NCBI GenBank assembly: GCA_031390755.1
Contig: JANMTS010000109.1
Span: forward strand, 5,773 to 69,772
Direction of reading: 5' to 3'
Length of the DNA stretch: 64,000 bases
Source: Holophagales bacterium
Lineage (GTDB): Bacteria; Acidobacteriota; Thermoanaerobaculia; Multivoradales; UBA5704
Within the stretch, counting starts at the first letter, position 1; each line of letters opens with the position of its first letter. The translations under genes were made by a program, and so were the position numbers. The notes under the pieces are model-generated. The model saw nothing but the letters and a program-made list of their open reading frames with translations, was not told the DNA's origin and made no database searches. Below are positions 17,313 through 33,218 of the stretch, piece after piece.

Positions 17313-18639
17313 GCCGGTCCAGGTTGCGGAAGGAGGTCGTCTCGCCGATGAACACCAGCTCGACGGTGCCGGTCTCGCCGTTGCGGTGCTTGGCGATGAT
17401 CAGCTCCGCCAACCCCTTGTTCTCGTCGGTCGGGCTGTACACCTCGTCACGGTACACGAAGGCCACCATGTCTGCGTCTTGCTCGATTGACCCAGATTCA
17501 CGAAGGTCCGAGAGCTGCGGCCGGTGGTCGGTGCCCCGCCGTTCGGGGTTGCGGGAGAGCTGGGAGAGGGCGATGACGGGCAGCTCCAGCTCCTTGGCGA
17601 GCTGCTTCATGCCGCGGCTGATGGCCGCGATCTCCAGGTTGCGGTTCTCGTACTTGCCGCCGGCCTGCATGAGCTGGAGGTAGTCGAGGATGACCAGCGA
17701 AAGCCCCTTCTCCGCCTTGAGCCGGCGGGCCTTGGAGGCGACCTCCAGGAGGGTGGGGTTCGGGGAGTCGTCGATGTAGAGCGGCGCGTCGCCGATCGTG
17801 CGCACGGTCTGGACGATGCGCGACCACTCCTTCTGGGACAGGTGTCCGGCGCGCAGCCGCGAGAAGGAGATGTCGGCCTCCGAGCAGAGAACGCGCAGCG
17901 CCAGCTCCTGCTGCGACATTTCCAGGGAGTAGACGCCCACGGCCTTGCGCTCGCGGATGGCCACGTGCTGGGCCATGTTGAGCGCGATGCTGGTCTTTCC
18001 CATGCCGGGGCGGCCGGCGATGATGATCAGGTTTCCCCGGTTCAGCCCGTGCGTGATCCGGTCGAGGTCGATGAAGCCGCTCGACACGCCGGTGAGCATG
18101 GAGCCGGGGCGCTCCTCCAGCTCCTCCAGGGTGGTGTGGAAGACCTCGCTGATGATCGTGAAGCCGCGGCGGATGGCCTCCTCGCCGAGCCCCAGCACCG
18201 CCTGCTCGGCGCGGCCGAGCGCCTCCTGGGCCGGCAGGCCGCCGTCCAGGCAGTCGCGGATGATCTGGCTCGACGCCGAGATGAGCCGCCGCCGGACGGA
18301 GCGCTCCTTGACGATCTCGGCGTAGGAGTCGATCCGGCCGATGTCCGGCAGGTCGAGGTCGAGCGTCGCCATGTAGGAGAGCCCGCCGGCCGACTCGAAC
18401 GTCCCCTGCTGCTCCAGGCGGGCCTGGACCGTCCGCATGTCGATCTGGGTCTGCTGCTCCTGCAGCTCCAGCATCACCTGGTAGAGCAGCCGGTGGCGCT
18501 CCACGTAGAAATCCTCGGCCTTGAGCCGGCCGGAGACCGTGGGCAGCACGGACGGATCCAGCAGGATGCCGCCGAGCACGGCGCGCTCGGACTCCTCGCT
18601 GTAGGGGAGGGCTTTCTGTTGGGGAAGGAGATCGATCAT
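17278..18639 (-). CDS. dnaB: Replicative DNA helicase DnaB
   Basis: 453 aa from MIDLLPQQKALPYSEESERAVLGGILLD..; Walker A is IIIAGRPGMGKTSIALN, followed by LVILDYLQLM, LSQLSRNPERR, DLRESGSIEQDADMV. The track ORF's upstream 439 aa are spurious. Confidence 0.95.
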   Translation of the reverse strand: MIDLLPQQKALPYSEESERAVLGGILLDPSVLPTVSGRLKAEDFYVERHRLLYQVMLELQEQQTQIDMRTVQARLEQQGTFESAGGLSYMATLDLDLPDIGRIDSYAEIVKERSVRRRLISASSQIIRDCLDGGLPAQEALGRAEQAVLGLGEEAIRRGFTIISEVFHTTLEELEERPGSMLTGVSSGFIDLDRITHGLNRGNLIIIAGRPGMGKTSIALNMAQHVAIRERKAVGVYSLEMSQQELALRVLCSEADISFSRLRAGHLSQKEWSRIVQTVRTIGDAPLYIDDSPNPTLLEVASKARRLKAEKGLSLVILDYLQLMQAGGKYENRNLEIAAISRGMKQLAKELELPVIALSQLSRNPERRGTDHRPQLSDLRESGSIEQDADMVAFVYRDEVYSPTDENKGLAELIIAKHRNGETGTVELVFIGETTSFRNLDRHGLDNSAPPPF

Positions 18640-18732
18640 CGGAGAGGCGGCCGGCGAAGCGCCATTCTCCCGTATGGAGGCAGGGCACGCAAGTACGGAT
18701 TTCTGGAATAAGATCCCGGCCGGAGGCCGCCC

Positions 18733-19115
18733 ATGGACGACAGGACCCAGATCGCAGAGATCGAACGACGGATCATGGCCGCCTTCGCGGCCGGCGACGC
18801 GGACGCCGTGGCCGCGCAGTACACCGAGGACGCCCTGCTGCTGCCGCCGGGCTCCCCTCCCCTCGGCGGGCGCGCGGTCATCGCCGAGACCTACCGCGCG
18901 ACGTTCGCGGACTTCACGGTGCAGCTGCGCAACGAGGTCGAGGAGACGGAGATCGCCGGAGACTGGGCCTGGGTACGCGGCCGGTTCGACCACACCACGA
19001 CCGCCAAGGCCGACGGGACTGCGACGAAGGGGTCCGGCAAGTACCTCGCGATCGCCCGGCGGGACTCCGACGGCGTCTGGCGCTTCCACCGGGACGCGTT
19101 CAATTCCGACGAGGC

Positions 19116-19119
<4 letters not shown>
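18733..19119 (+). CDS. SnoaL-like / DUF4440 (NTF2-fold) protein
   Basis: 128 aa: IAEIERRIMAAFAAGDADAVAAQYTEDALLLPPG...GKYLAIARRDSDGVWRFHRDAFN. Its TAG stop shares the CTAG tetranucleotide with the convergent NRPS stop. Confidence 0.7.
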
Positions 19120-25576
<6,457 letters not shown>

Positions 25577-25669
25577 GCCGCGCTGGGCATGGGAGAGCGG
25601 CAGATCCCGGCCGCGGGGCGCGGGGAGGATCGGCGGCAGCCTCTCTCTCCGGCTGGAGGCGATGCGCCG

Positions 25670-25870
25670 GGACAGCTCGGCGATCGTCGGCGCCTCGAAG
25701 ACATCGCGCGGGGTCAGGTCCGCCCCCAGCGACTCCCGCACCCGGGAGAGAACCCGAAGGATCAGCAACGAATGGGCGCCGAGCTCGAAGACGCTCTCGC
25801 GGACGCCGACGCGGTCGAACCCGAGAACCTCGGCCCAGATTCCGGCCAGCGCCTCCTCGGTGGCGTTGCC
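25670..25870 (-). other. NRPS carrier domain T1 (Ser codon 25769..25771)
   Basis: ALAGIWAEVLGFDRVGVRESVFELGAHSLLILRVLSRV. The motif is GAHS instead of the usual GGHS. Confidence 0.8.
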
Positions 25871-25934
25871 CGGCGCGTCCAGGGCCAGGCCGGTCCGCTC
25901 CCGATCGGGATCCATGGGCTCGATCGCGGCCAAC

Positions 25935-27430
25935 GCCTTGCGGTCCACCTTGCCGTGCGGATTGAGAGGCATCGCGTCCAGATGGACGAACACCGAAGGC
26001 GTCATGAAGGCCGGCAGCCGGCCGCTCAGGAAACCCCGCAGGTCGGCGTCCGGGCTCCCCGCCCAGAAGGCGACGAGCCGCTTGTCTCCTCCTTTCCCCT
26101 GAACCACAACGGCGGCCTCGGCCACATCCGGACGCGCTGTCAGGGCGGCCTCGATCTCGCCCAGCTCGACACGGAAGCCGCGGACCTTGACCTGGTGATC
26201 GACCCGGCCCAGAAACTCCAGCCGGCCGTCCGCCCGCCAGCGGACCCGATCCCCCGTGCGGTAGAGGCGCTCCCCCCGGCCTTCCTCTCCCCAGAAGGGG
26301 TCCGGCACGAAGCGCTCGGCCGTCAGCTCCGGACGGTCGAGATAGCCCCGGGCGAGACCGTCGCCACCGACCCACAGCTCCCCTTCCACCCCTGGCGGCA
26401 CGAGTTGGAGCTGCCGGTCCACCACCGCGACCCGGGTGTTGCCGGTGGGCCGGCCGATCGGCAGCGGCGATTCGACCTCCCGGGGCGACGCCATCGGATG
26501 GCACGACGTGAACACCGTGCTCTCGGTCGGGCCATAGCCGTTGACGATCCGGATTCCGGGCGCCGCCGCGAGCACCCGGGCCACGTGCGCAGGCGACAGC
26601 ACGTCGCCGCCGGACAGGATCAGCCTCAGGCCGGTCAGGCTCTGGAGCTGGTCGTCCACCATCTGGTGGAACAGGCCCGCCGTCAGCCACGCCGCGGTGA
26701 CTCCGGAGCGGACCAGGAACGCCCCCAGCTCCTCCAGGCTCGGAGCCTCCGGCGGCGGGATCGCGAGCGCCGATCCGTTGAGCAGCGAGCAGGCGATCTC
26801 CAGCGTCGTGGCGTCGAACGAGAGCGGCCCCAGGTGGAGAAAGACGTGGTCGGATCCAAGCTCCGCGAAGCGCGAGCTGCGGGCGAGCCGGGCCACGCTG
26901 CGGTGGGTCACGGCCACGCCTTTGGGCTGGCCCGTGGAGCCGGAGGTGTACATGACGTAAGCCAGGTTCTCCGGCGCAACCCTGGCAACGCTTTCGGGCG
27001 TGGCGGGCTCGAAGCCGGGCGACCCGACAGGAACATCTTCGAAGAAGATGACGCGCGCCGCCGTCTCCGGCAGCCGGTCCCGCAGACCGCGGCGGGTGAC
27101 CAGGACGGGAGCCGCCGTGTCCTCCAGCATGAAGGCGAGGCGGTCGGCCGGATAGGCGGGGTCCAGGGGCGCGAACGCGCCGCCGGCCTTGAGGATCGCC
27201 AGGATGGCGACGATCGCCTCGGGCGAGCGTTCCAGGCAGAGCCCCACGAGCCGGTCCGGCCCCACTCCCTCGGCCACGAGAATCGAGGCGAGCGCGTCGG
27301 CCCGCGCGTTCAGCTCGGCGTAACTCATCTCGCACCCGCCACCCCCGGCATGCCCGCCGATATGGCGGAGCGCCAGGGCGTGCGGCGCGCGCCGCACCTG
27401 CTCTTCGAACAGCTGGTGCATGCAGGCGTC
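25935..27430 (-). other. NRPS adenylation domain A1 (approximate bounds)
   Basis: The core runs from LFEEQVRRAP to HGKVDRKAL. Hand-extracted specificity residues are D-A-L-W-L-G-G-V-F-K, close to remembered Val codes (DALWLGGTFK). Confidence 0.75.
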
Positions 27431-27587
27431 CCGGGGATAGGGCACCTCTGTGTCGTTCCACTCCGTGAGGAGCTGCGAACGCTGTGCTGCCGAGAGGACG
27501 CACTGCTCTTCGCCGTCTGGACGCAGATACTCCATGTCTGGCACCCCTGCAAGATTTCCTGTCTTCTCTACCCTCGTAGTGCTCCGT

Positions 27588-27623
27588 CCCCCCAAAGCCG
27601 AGCCCGGCTTGAGCCTGGGGGGG
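27588..27623. promoter_or_regulatory. Imperfect GC-rich palindrome in the 127-bp divergent NRPS/PKS intergenic region (candidate operator)
   Basis: ccccccaaagccgagcccggcttgagcctggggggg: outer C6A/TG7 arms and an inner aagccg/cggctt stem. It is the only obvious dyad between the two start codons (27535 and 27663). Confidence 0.3.
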
Positions 27624-27662
27624 CGAGAGGCTACCATTTTCGTCCTTCAACGAGGCGCCGCC

Positions 27663-30600
27663 ATGAACCATGAGCCCGAGCCCGACCAACCCGACGACCC
27701 CTCCGCCGCCCCCGAAGCCGTCGCCATCGTCGGCATGGCCGGGCGCTTCCCACGTGCCCGCAACCTGGACGAGCTCTGGAGCAACCTGCGCGACGGCGTC
27801 GACTGCGTCCGCGATCTCACCGACGACGAGCTGCTGGCGTCGGGCATCCCGCCGGCCGTCTTCCAGCAGCCCGGCTACGTCCGGGTGGCCGCGCCGATCG
27901 CCGACCCCGATCTCTTCGACGCCGCCTTCTTCGGGTTCTCGCCCCGCGAGGCCGAGGTGCTCGATCCCCAGCAGCGGGTGTTCCTCGAAACCGCCTGGGA
28001 GGCGCTGGAGTCGGCCGGCTACGTGTCGGAGAGCTACCCGGGCTGGATCGGCGTCTTCGCCGGCATCGCCTTCCCCACCTACCTGCTGCACAACCTCCTG
28101 TCCAACCCGGAGCTGATGGAGTCCATCGGCGGGTTCCCCATGCTCCTCGCCAACGACCGCGACTACTTCGCGACCCGGGTCTCCTACAAGCTCAACCTGC
28201 GTGGCACCAGCGTCAACGTCCAGACCGCGTGCTCGACCTCGCTGGTCGCCGTACACATGGCCTGCCAGAGCCTGCTTGATTACCAGTGCACGCTTGCGCT
28301 GGCCGGCGGCGTGCGGGTCTACGTGCCGCAACTCACCGGTTATCCCTACGCAGAAGGCGGCATCTTCTCGCCAGACGGCCGCTGCCGCGCGTTCGACGCC
28401 GAGGGCCGTGGCGCGCTGTTCAGCGAGGGTTGCGGAGTGGTCGTGCTCAAGCGCCTCTCGGAAGCGCTCGCCGACGGCGACCCCATCCACGCCGTGATCC
28501 GCGGCTCGGCCACGAACAACGACGGCTCGAACAAGGTCGGCTATACGGCCCCGAGCATCGACGGCCAGTCCGAGGTCATCGCCATGGCCCAGGCCGCGGC
28601 GGGCGTCGGCCCGGATTCGATCTCGTACGTCGAAACCCACGGCAGCGGCACGCCGCTGGGCGACCCCATCGAGATCGCGGCGCTGACGCGGGCCTTCCGC
28701 TCCGGAACCGACCGGACCGGCTTCTGCTCCCTCGGCTCGCTCAAGGCGAGCGTCGGCCACATGGAGTCGGCGGCCGGCGTGGGCGGGCTCATCAAGACCG
28801 TGCTCGCCCTGAAGAACCGCCAGATCCCGCCGAGCCTCCACTTCCGGACGCCGAACCCGCGCATCGACTTCGACTCCAGCCCCTTCCGGGTGAGCACGAA
28901 GCTCTCGGACTGGCCGCGCCGCGGCGAGCCGCGGCGGGCCGGGGTCAGCTCCTTCGGCATGGGCGGGACGAACGCCCACGTCATCGTCGAGGAGGCGCCG
29001 GAGCGCGAGCCCTCGGGCGCCGCCAATCCCTGGCAGCTCCTGCTCCTCTCCGCCAGGACGCCCACGGCCCTGGAGTCCGCGACCGACCGGCTGGCCGACT
29101 GGATGGAGGCGCACCCCGAGGCCCCGCTCGCCGACGTGGCGTTCACGCTCCAGACCGGCCGCCGCACCATGCCCCACCGCCGGGCGCTCGTCTGCCGGAG
29201 CCGCGAGGACGCCCTCGCCGCGCTGCGCGGCCGCGACCCCAGGCGGCTGACGGGCAGCGTCCAGGAGATCGCGGAGCGTCCGGTCGTCCTGATGTTCCCG
29301 GGCCTCGGGGACCATTACGTGGACATGGGGCTCGACCTCTATCAGAGCGAGCCCGCGTTCCGGGATGCGCTCGACGAGTGCGCGGAGCTTCTGAAGCCGG
29401 TCCTGGAAGAGGACATCCGCGACGTGATCTACCCCCGCGGAACGGACGCCCCGGCGCAGCAGGAGGCCGGAGCTTCGGAGCGGGTCGATCTGAAAGCCAT
29501 GCTGGGACGCGCGCTGTCCGGCGAGGACGAAGCCTCCCGGCGGCTGAACCGGACCCGCTTCGCCCAGCCGGCCCTGTTCGCGGTCGAGTACGCGCTCGCC
29601 CGGCTGCTGGAAGAGTGGGGGCTTCGTCCGGCCGCCCTGGTCGGCTACAGCCTGGGCGAGTACGTGGCCGCCTGCCTGGCCGGAACGCTCTCCCTGGAGG
29701 ACGCCCTCTCCCTGGTGGCGGAGCGCGCGCGGCTGATCGACGGCGTGGAAGCCGGCGCCATGCTCGCGGTTCCTCTCCCCGAGGACGAAGCGCGCCGGAC
29801 GCTCGCGGAGTTGGATTCCGGTCTTTCCATCGCCGCGATCAATGGGCCGTCCCTGTCCGTGATCGCCGGCCCGGTGCCGGCCTTGGACGCTCTGGAGCGG
29901 CAGCTGACCGGCCAGGGGATCGCCTGCCGGCACCTCTCCACCACCCACGCGTTCCACTCCGGCATGATGGAGCCGATCCGGGAGCGGATGGTTCAGATGG
30001 CGCGGCAGGTGCGCCTGTCGCCGCCCGGCATCCCCTTCCTCTCCAACGTCACCGGAACCTGGATCACCGCGTCGGAGGCGACCGACCCGGCCTACTGGGG
30101 ACGCCACCTCTGCCAGGCGGTGCGCTTCGGTCCTTGCCTTGACGAGCTGCGAAAGAACCCGGCCCGCGTCCTTCTGGAGGTCGGCCCCGGGCTCAGTCTC
30201 ACGACCCTCGCCCTGCAGACCGTCGGCGAGGAGCCGGCGCCCCTGGCGCTCCCAACCCTGCGCCCCTCGTACGATCGGCAGCCCGATTCGGCCTTCCTGC
30301 TCGGAGCGCTCTCCCGGCTCTGGCTCGCCGGTCTCTCGCCCGACTGGGCGGAGCACGCGGGCCGGACCGGGGTGAGGCGGAATCGCCTCACCCTGCCCAC
30401 CTATCCGTTCGAGCGGCGGCGTTTCTGGATCGATGCCCCGGGGCAGAAAACCTCCGCTGCCGAGGCACGCTCCGAGGCGCCGGAGACCCTGACCCGCCAT
30501 GCCCGTCCGGATCACCTGCGAAACCCCTTCGCGCCGCCGTCCAACGATTTGGAGCGCGGCCTCGCCGAGATCTGGCAGGAGATCCTGGGGATCGGCGAGG

Positions 30601-31997
30601 TGGGGATCCACGACAGCTTCTTCGAGCTGGGCGGCCACTCGCTCGTGGCGCCGAAGATGATCCTCCAGGTGCGGGAGGCCTTCGGCGTGGACTTCCCCCT
30701 GAGCCACCTGTTCGAGGCGCCGACCGTGGCCGGAATGGCCGCCGCCGTGGAGATCCTCCGGCAGGAGGGCGAGCTGGCTGCGGCCCCGGAAGTGGATCTC
30801 GCCGCCGAGGCCGTGCTCGCCCAGGACATCCGCGCCGAGGGCGAAGCCCCAGACCCGGAGAGGATCGCCCGCCCGCGCGAGGTCGTCCTCACGGGCGTCA
30901 CCGGCTTCCTGGGGTCGTTCCTGCTGCGCGAGCTTCTCCGCCAGACCGACGCCCGCGTTCACTGCCTGGTTCGCGCCAAGAGCTCCGAAGCGGGGCTCGA
31001 ACGCATCCGCTGCAAGCTCTCTGAGGCGGGGATCTGGAGCCACGACATGGCGGCGCGGATCGTCGCCGTGCCCGGAGATCTGGAGCTTCCGCGCTGGGGG
31101 TTGTCCGAAGAAGGGTTCGACGGCCTCGCCGGCCGCGTCGACGCGGTCTACCACTGCGGGGCCTGGGTCAACTTCACCTACCCCTACAAGGCGCTCAAGG
31201 CGGCCAACGTCACGTCCACGGAAGACGCCCTCCGGCTCGCGGGCCGGCGCCGGACCAAGCCGGTCCACTTCATCTCCTCCATCGCCGCGGTGTCGCCCGC
31301 GGGTGTCACCGGGTCCGTGGTCCTGGAGGACGCCGACTACCCCACGACCGAGGGCCTCTTCGCCGGCTACGGCCCGACGAAGTGGGTCTCGGAGCGGCAC
31401 GTCGCCGAGGCGCGGGACCGGGGCATCCCCGGCAGCATCTACCGTCCGGGCGTCCTCGCGGGCGACAGCCGCAACGGCTACGGAAATACTCAGGATCTGG
31501 TCTGGAATCTGATCAAGGGCTCGATCCAGCTCGGAGCCGCTCCGGAGCAGGACAACCTCATGGATGTGGCGCCGGTCGACTCCGTGCCCGCGGCCATCGT
31601 CCGCCTGTCCCTGTCCCCCGGTCTCCTCGGAAAGACCTTCCACTTCCCGAACCCCAAGCCCATGACCTGGAACGAGGTCTACGATGTCGCCCGCGCCTGC
31701 GGCTACCCGCTCCGGCGCCTGTCGCCCGGCCAGTGGCTGGACGAGTTGCGGACCGCCATCCGCCAGGGCGCCGACAACGCCCTGGCCCCCTTCGCGCCAC
31801 TCCTGGACGCCGCCGCGGCCCAGGAAGAGACCGGCACGGCCGAGCAGCCGAAGGATCTGATCTTCGACGACCGCAACACCAGGGCGGGGCTGGAAGGATC
31901 GGACATCGCCTGCCCGCCCCTCGACGCCAAGCTGCTCGCCCTCTGGTTCGACTCTTTTGCGCTCAGCGGCTTCCTGCCTCCGCCGCCTAGATCCTGA
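27663..31997 (+). CDS. Type I polyketide synthase module with terminal thioester reductase (KS-AT-T-R)
   Basis: 1444 aa from MNHEPEPDQPDD. KS: DPQQRVFLE, VQTACSTSLV, ETHGSGTPLGDP, KASVGHMESAAG. AT: VGYSLGEY, THAFHS. Carrier: FFELGGHSLV. Reductase: VLTGVTGFLGSFLLREL, YGPTKWVSE. Confidence 0.92.
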   Translation: MNHEPEPDQPDDPSAAPEAVAIVGMAGRFPRARNLDELWSNLRDGVDCVRDLTDDELLASGIPPAVFQQPGYVRVAAPIADPDLFDAAFFGFSPREAEVLDPQQRVFLETAWEALESAGYVSESYPGWIGVFAGIAFPTYLLHNLLSNPELMESIGGFPMLLANDRDYFATRVSYKLNLRGTSVNVQTACSTSLVAVHMACQSLLDYQCTLALAGGVRVYVPQLTGYPYAEGGIFSPDGRCRAFDAEGRGALFSEGCGVVVLKRLSEALADGDPIHAVIRGSATNNDGSNKVGYTAPSIDGQSEVIAMAQAAAGVGPDSISYVETHGSGTPLGDPIEIAALTRAFRSGTDRTGFCSLGSLKASVGHMESAAGVGGLIKTVLALKNRQIPPSLHFRTPNPRIDFDSSPFRVSTKLSDWPRRGEPRRAGVSSFGMGGTNAHVIVEEAPEREPSGAANPWQLLLLSARTPTALESATDRLADWMEAHPEAPLADVAFTLQTGRRTMPHRRALVCRSREDALAALRGRDPRRLTGSVQEIAERPVVLMFPGLGDHYVDMGLDLYQSEPAFRDALDECAELLKPVLEEDIRDVIYPRGTDAPAQQEAGASERVDLKAMLGRALSGEDEASRRLNRTRFAQPALFAVEYALARLLEEWGLRPAALVGYSLGEYVAACLAGTLSLEDALSLVAERARLIDGVEAGAMLAVPLPEDEARRTLAELDSGLSIAAINGPSLSVIAGPVPALDALERQLTGQGIACRHLSTTHAFHSGMMEPIRERMVQMARQVRLSPPGIPFLSNVTGTWITASEATDPAYWGRHLCQAVRFGPCLDELRKNPARVLLEVGPGLSLTTLALQTVGEEPAPLALPTLRPSYDRQPDSAFLLGALSRLWLAGLSPDWAEHAGRTGVRRNRLTLPTYPFERRRFWIDAPGQKTSAAEARSEAPETLTRHARPDHLRNPFAPPSNDLERGLAEIWQEILGIGEVGIHDSFFELGGHSLVAPKMILQVREAFGVDFPLSHLFEAPTVAGMAAAVEILRQEGELAAAPEVDLAAEAVLAQDIRAEGEAPDPERIARPREVVLTGVTGFLGSFLLRELLRQTDARVHCLVRAKSSEAGLERIRCKLSEAGIWSHDMAARIVAVPGDLELPRWGLSEEGFDGLAGRVDAVYHCGAWVNFTYPYKALKAANVTSTEDALRLAGRRRTKPVHFISSIAAVSPAGVTGSVVLEDADYPTTEGLFAGYGPTKWVSERHVAEARDRGIPGSIYRPGVLAGDSRNGYGNTQDLVWNLIKGSIQLGAAPEQDNLMDVAPVDSVPAAIVRLSLSPGLLGKTFHFPNPKPMTWNEVYDVARACGYPLRRLSPGQWLDELRTAIRQGADNALAPFAPLLDAAAAQEETGTAEQPKDLIFDDRNTRAGLEGSDIACPPLDAKLLALWFDSFALSGFLPPPPRS
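27720..28995 (+). other. PKS ketosynthase domain (Cys codon 28230..28232)
   Basis: VAIVGMAGRFP...TACSTS...HGSGT...VGH...GTNAHVIVEE. Confidence 0.85.
29283..30190 (+). other. PKS acyltransferase domain (Ser codon 29649..29651; malonyl-type HAFHS at 29946..29960)
   Basis: VVLMFPGLGDHY..RTRFAQPALFAVEYALA..VGYSLGEYVAACLAG..THAFHSGMM. A Tyr replaces the usual His of GHSxG. Confidence 0.85.
30549..30755 (+). other. Carrier protein domain (PCP-like; Ser codon 30639..30641)
   Basis: LAEIWQEILGIGEVGIHDSFFELGGHSLVAPKMILQVREAFGVDFPLSHLFEAPTVAGMA. Confidence 0.85.
30885..31990 (+). other. Terminal thioester reductase (TD/R) domain
   Basis: VVLTGVTGFLGSFLLRELLRQTDARVHCLVRAKS (NAD(P)-binding), AVYHCGAWVNF, YGPTKWVSE (YxxxK). 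Confidence 0.85.
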
Positions 31998-32017
31998 GCC
32001 GGCCGCGAGGTTCTGCC

Positions 32018-32623
32018 TCAGAGCAGGGTCAGGCCAAGATCTCGACAGACCTGTTCCAGATCTGGGATGGAGTCCGTCAGCGGCTCTGGAGAGCCTGCCG
32101 GAAGGAGCCGAGCCCGCCGCTCAAAGATAGCCAGGCAGAGCCCGCGCAGCTTGGATCCATAGAGGATGCCGGCAAATCCGTCTTGATAGAGCAGTCTTCC
32201 GAGCTTCTGCGTGAACCTCCGGCTGGGGTTCAAGATCGCATCCCGGTCGAGATGGCGCCTGCGCGGCAAGTGCCGCGAGTGCCTGAATTGGATTTCCGTA
32301 CGGACCGGGACACTCTCCAGGTCGACCAGGCTCCGGCCTCCAAGGATTTGCAGTGTGGACGGCATGAGGACACTCTTCTGGCGCCAATCTGGCGAGACTC
32401 TTCCTGCATCGGACGCGGCCATCGCGCCGCCCGTCTTGATGGCTGCCAACTCTTTGACCGCAACAGGGTTGGGACGAAGGGGGGCGAGAACCTCGTAAAG
32501 GGCCGTGACGCGATCCACTGCGCAGTAGAGGGTTCGATAGCGACGATGCGGATCGTCGAACCTCCCTGCCCACTTACAAACACGCAGGGGCGGAAAGCCC
32601 AGAGGGCTACCCAAAAAACCCAC
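32018..32623 (-). CDS. RES-domain toxin (MbcT/ParT-like NAD-targeting family)
   Basis: ..AGRFDDPHRRYRTLYCAVDRVTALYEVL.. (R, E) and ..GFAGILYGSKLRGLCLAIFERR (S) match the RES-domain layout. The track start is GTG at 32623. The frame is open up to the antitoxin TAG (32657..32659), with a possible CTG start at 32653. Confidence 0.78.
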   Translation of the reverse strand: MGFLGSPLGFPPLRVCKWAGRFDDPHRRYRTLYCAVDRVTALYEVLAPLRPNPVAVKELAAIKTGGAMAASDAGRVSPDWRQKSVLMPSTLQILGGRSLVDLESVPVRTEIQFRHSRHLPRRRHLDRDAILNPSRRFTQKLGRLLYQDGFAGILYGSKLRGLCLAIFERRARLLPAGSPEPLTDSIPDLEQVCRDLGLTLL

Positions 32624-32656
32624 CCTCCACCAGACCCCCGCGCTGGTATCCAGTGG

Positions 32657-33076
32657 CTAGGTCTCCGCGAACTCCCTGGCAGCGAGAACGACATCCTGAA
32701 GAATTCGGGAGTCTCTACTGTTCCGTAGCAATCGGGCAGGAGATTCCTCACTAAGGCCCGGATTCATTCCGAGGAACCAGGATCGGGCCGTCGTATCGTC
32801 ATAGGCCTCCACCAGGCAACGAGTCGCTTCATAGGCGTGCTGCAACCGCCGCCAGCGGACATCGTCAGGGCTCTCGCCCTCGATCCAACGGTCGACAACC
32901 ACTGCGTCATCGGCGCCGCTCAAGTAGGCGGTCGTAGGGGCACCGAGATGACTCCGCAGGTATTTGACTGTCTTTTGAACCTGCGCGACTGCAACTGTGA
33001 GCGCCACACCACGGCTAGACGCAGCCAGGGCGATCTTGCTTGCATCATTCTCTCGTAATGCGCGCTTTGTCTTCAT
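32657..33076 (-). CDS. Xre/MbcA/ParS-type antitoxin (DUF2384-like C-terminal toxin-binding domain)
   Basis: 139 aa. The segment ..TTARSWFLGMNPGLSEESPARLLRNSRDSRILQDVVLAAREFAE matches the conserved C-terminal motif of RES-partner antitoxins. It lies immediately upstream of the RES gene. G+C is ~52-55% in the two lines I counted. Confidence 0.75.
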   Translation of the reverse strand: MKTKRALRENDASKIALAASSRGVALTVAVAQVQKTVKYLRSHLGAPTTAYLSGADDAVVVDRWIEGESPDDVRWRRLQHAYEATRCLVEAYDDTTARSWFLGMNPGLSEESPARLLRNSRDSRILQDVVLAAREFAET

Positions 33077-33218
33077 TGACGAGCTCCGTTCCTCACCAGA
33101 AGCCTAACATACCGACTCTTAAGCTCCAACAGCATAGCCGCGCGGAATCGCTGCGGAGTTCCTTGTCTTGAGCTTGTCTTGTTTTGTCTCCATTCAGTCT
33201 TCATCTTAAGATGGCTGG

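Noticed and set aside
27536-31643. The N-terminal ~1370 aa of the 4175-aa minus-strand ORF, which extends the NRPS upstream.
   Set aside because: This part is antisense to the PKS gene, whose KS, AT, carrier and R motifs are unambiguous. It has no NRPS motifs. The NRPS module-1 frame has a plausible ATG at 27535.
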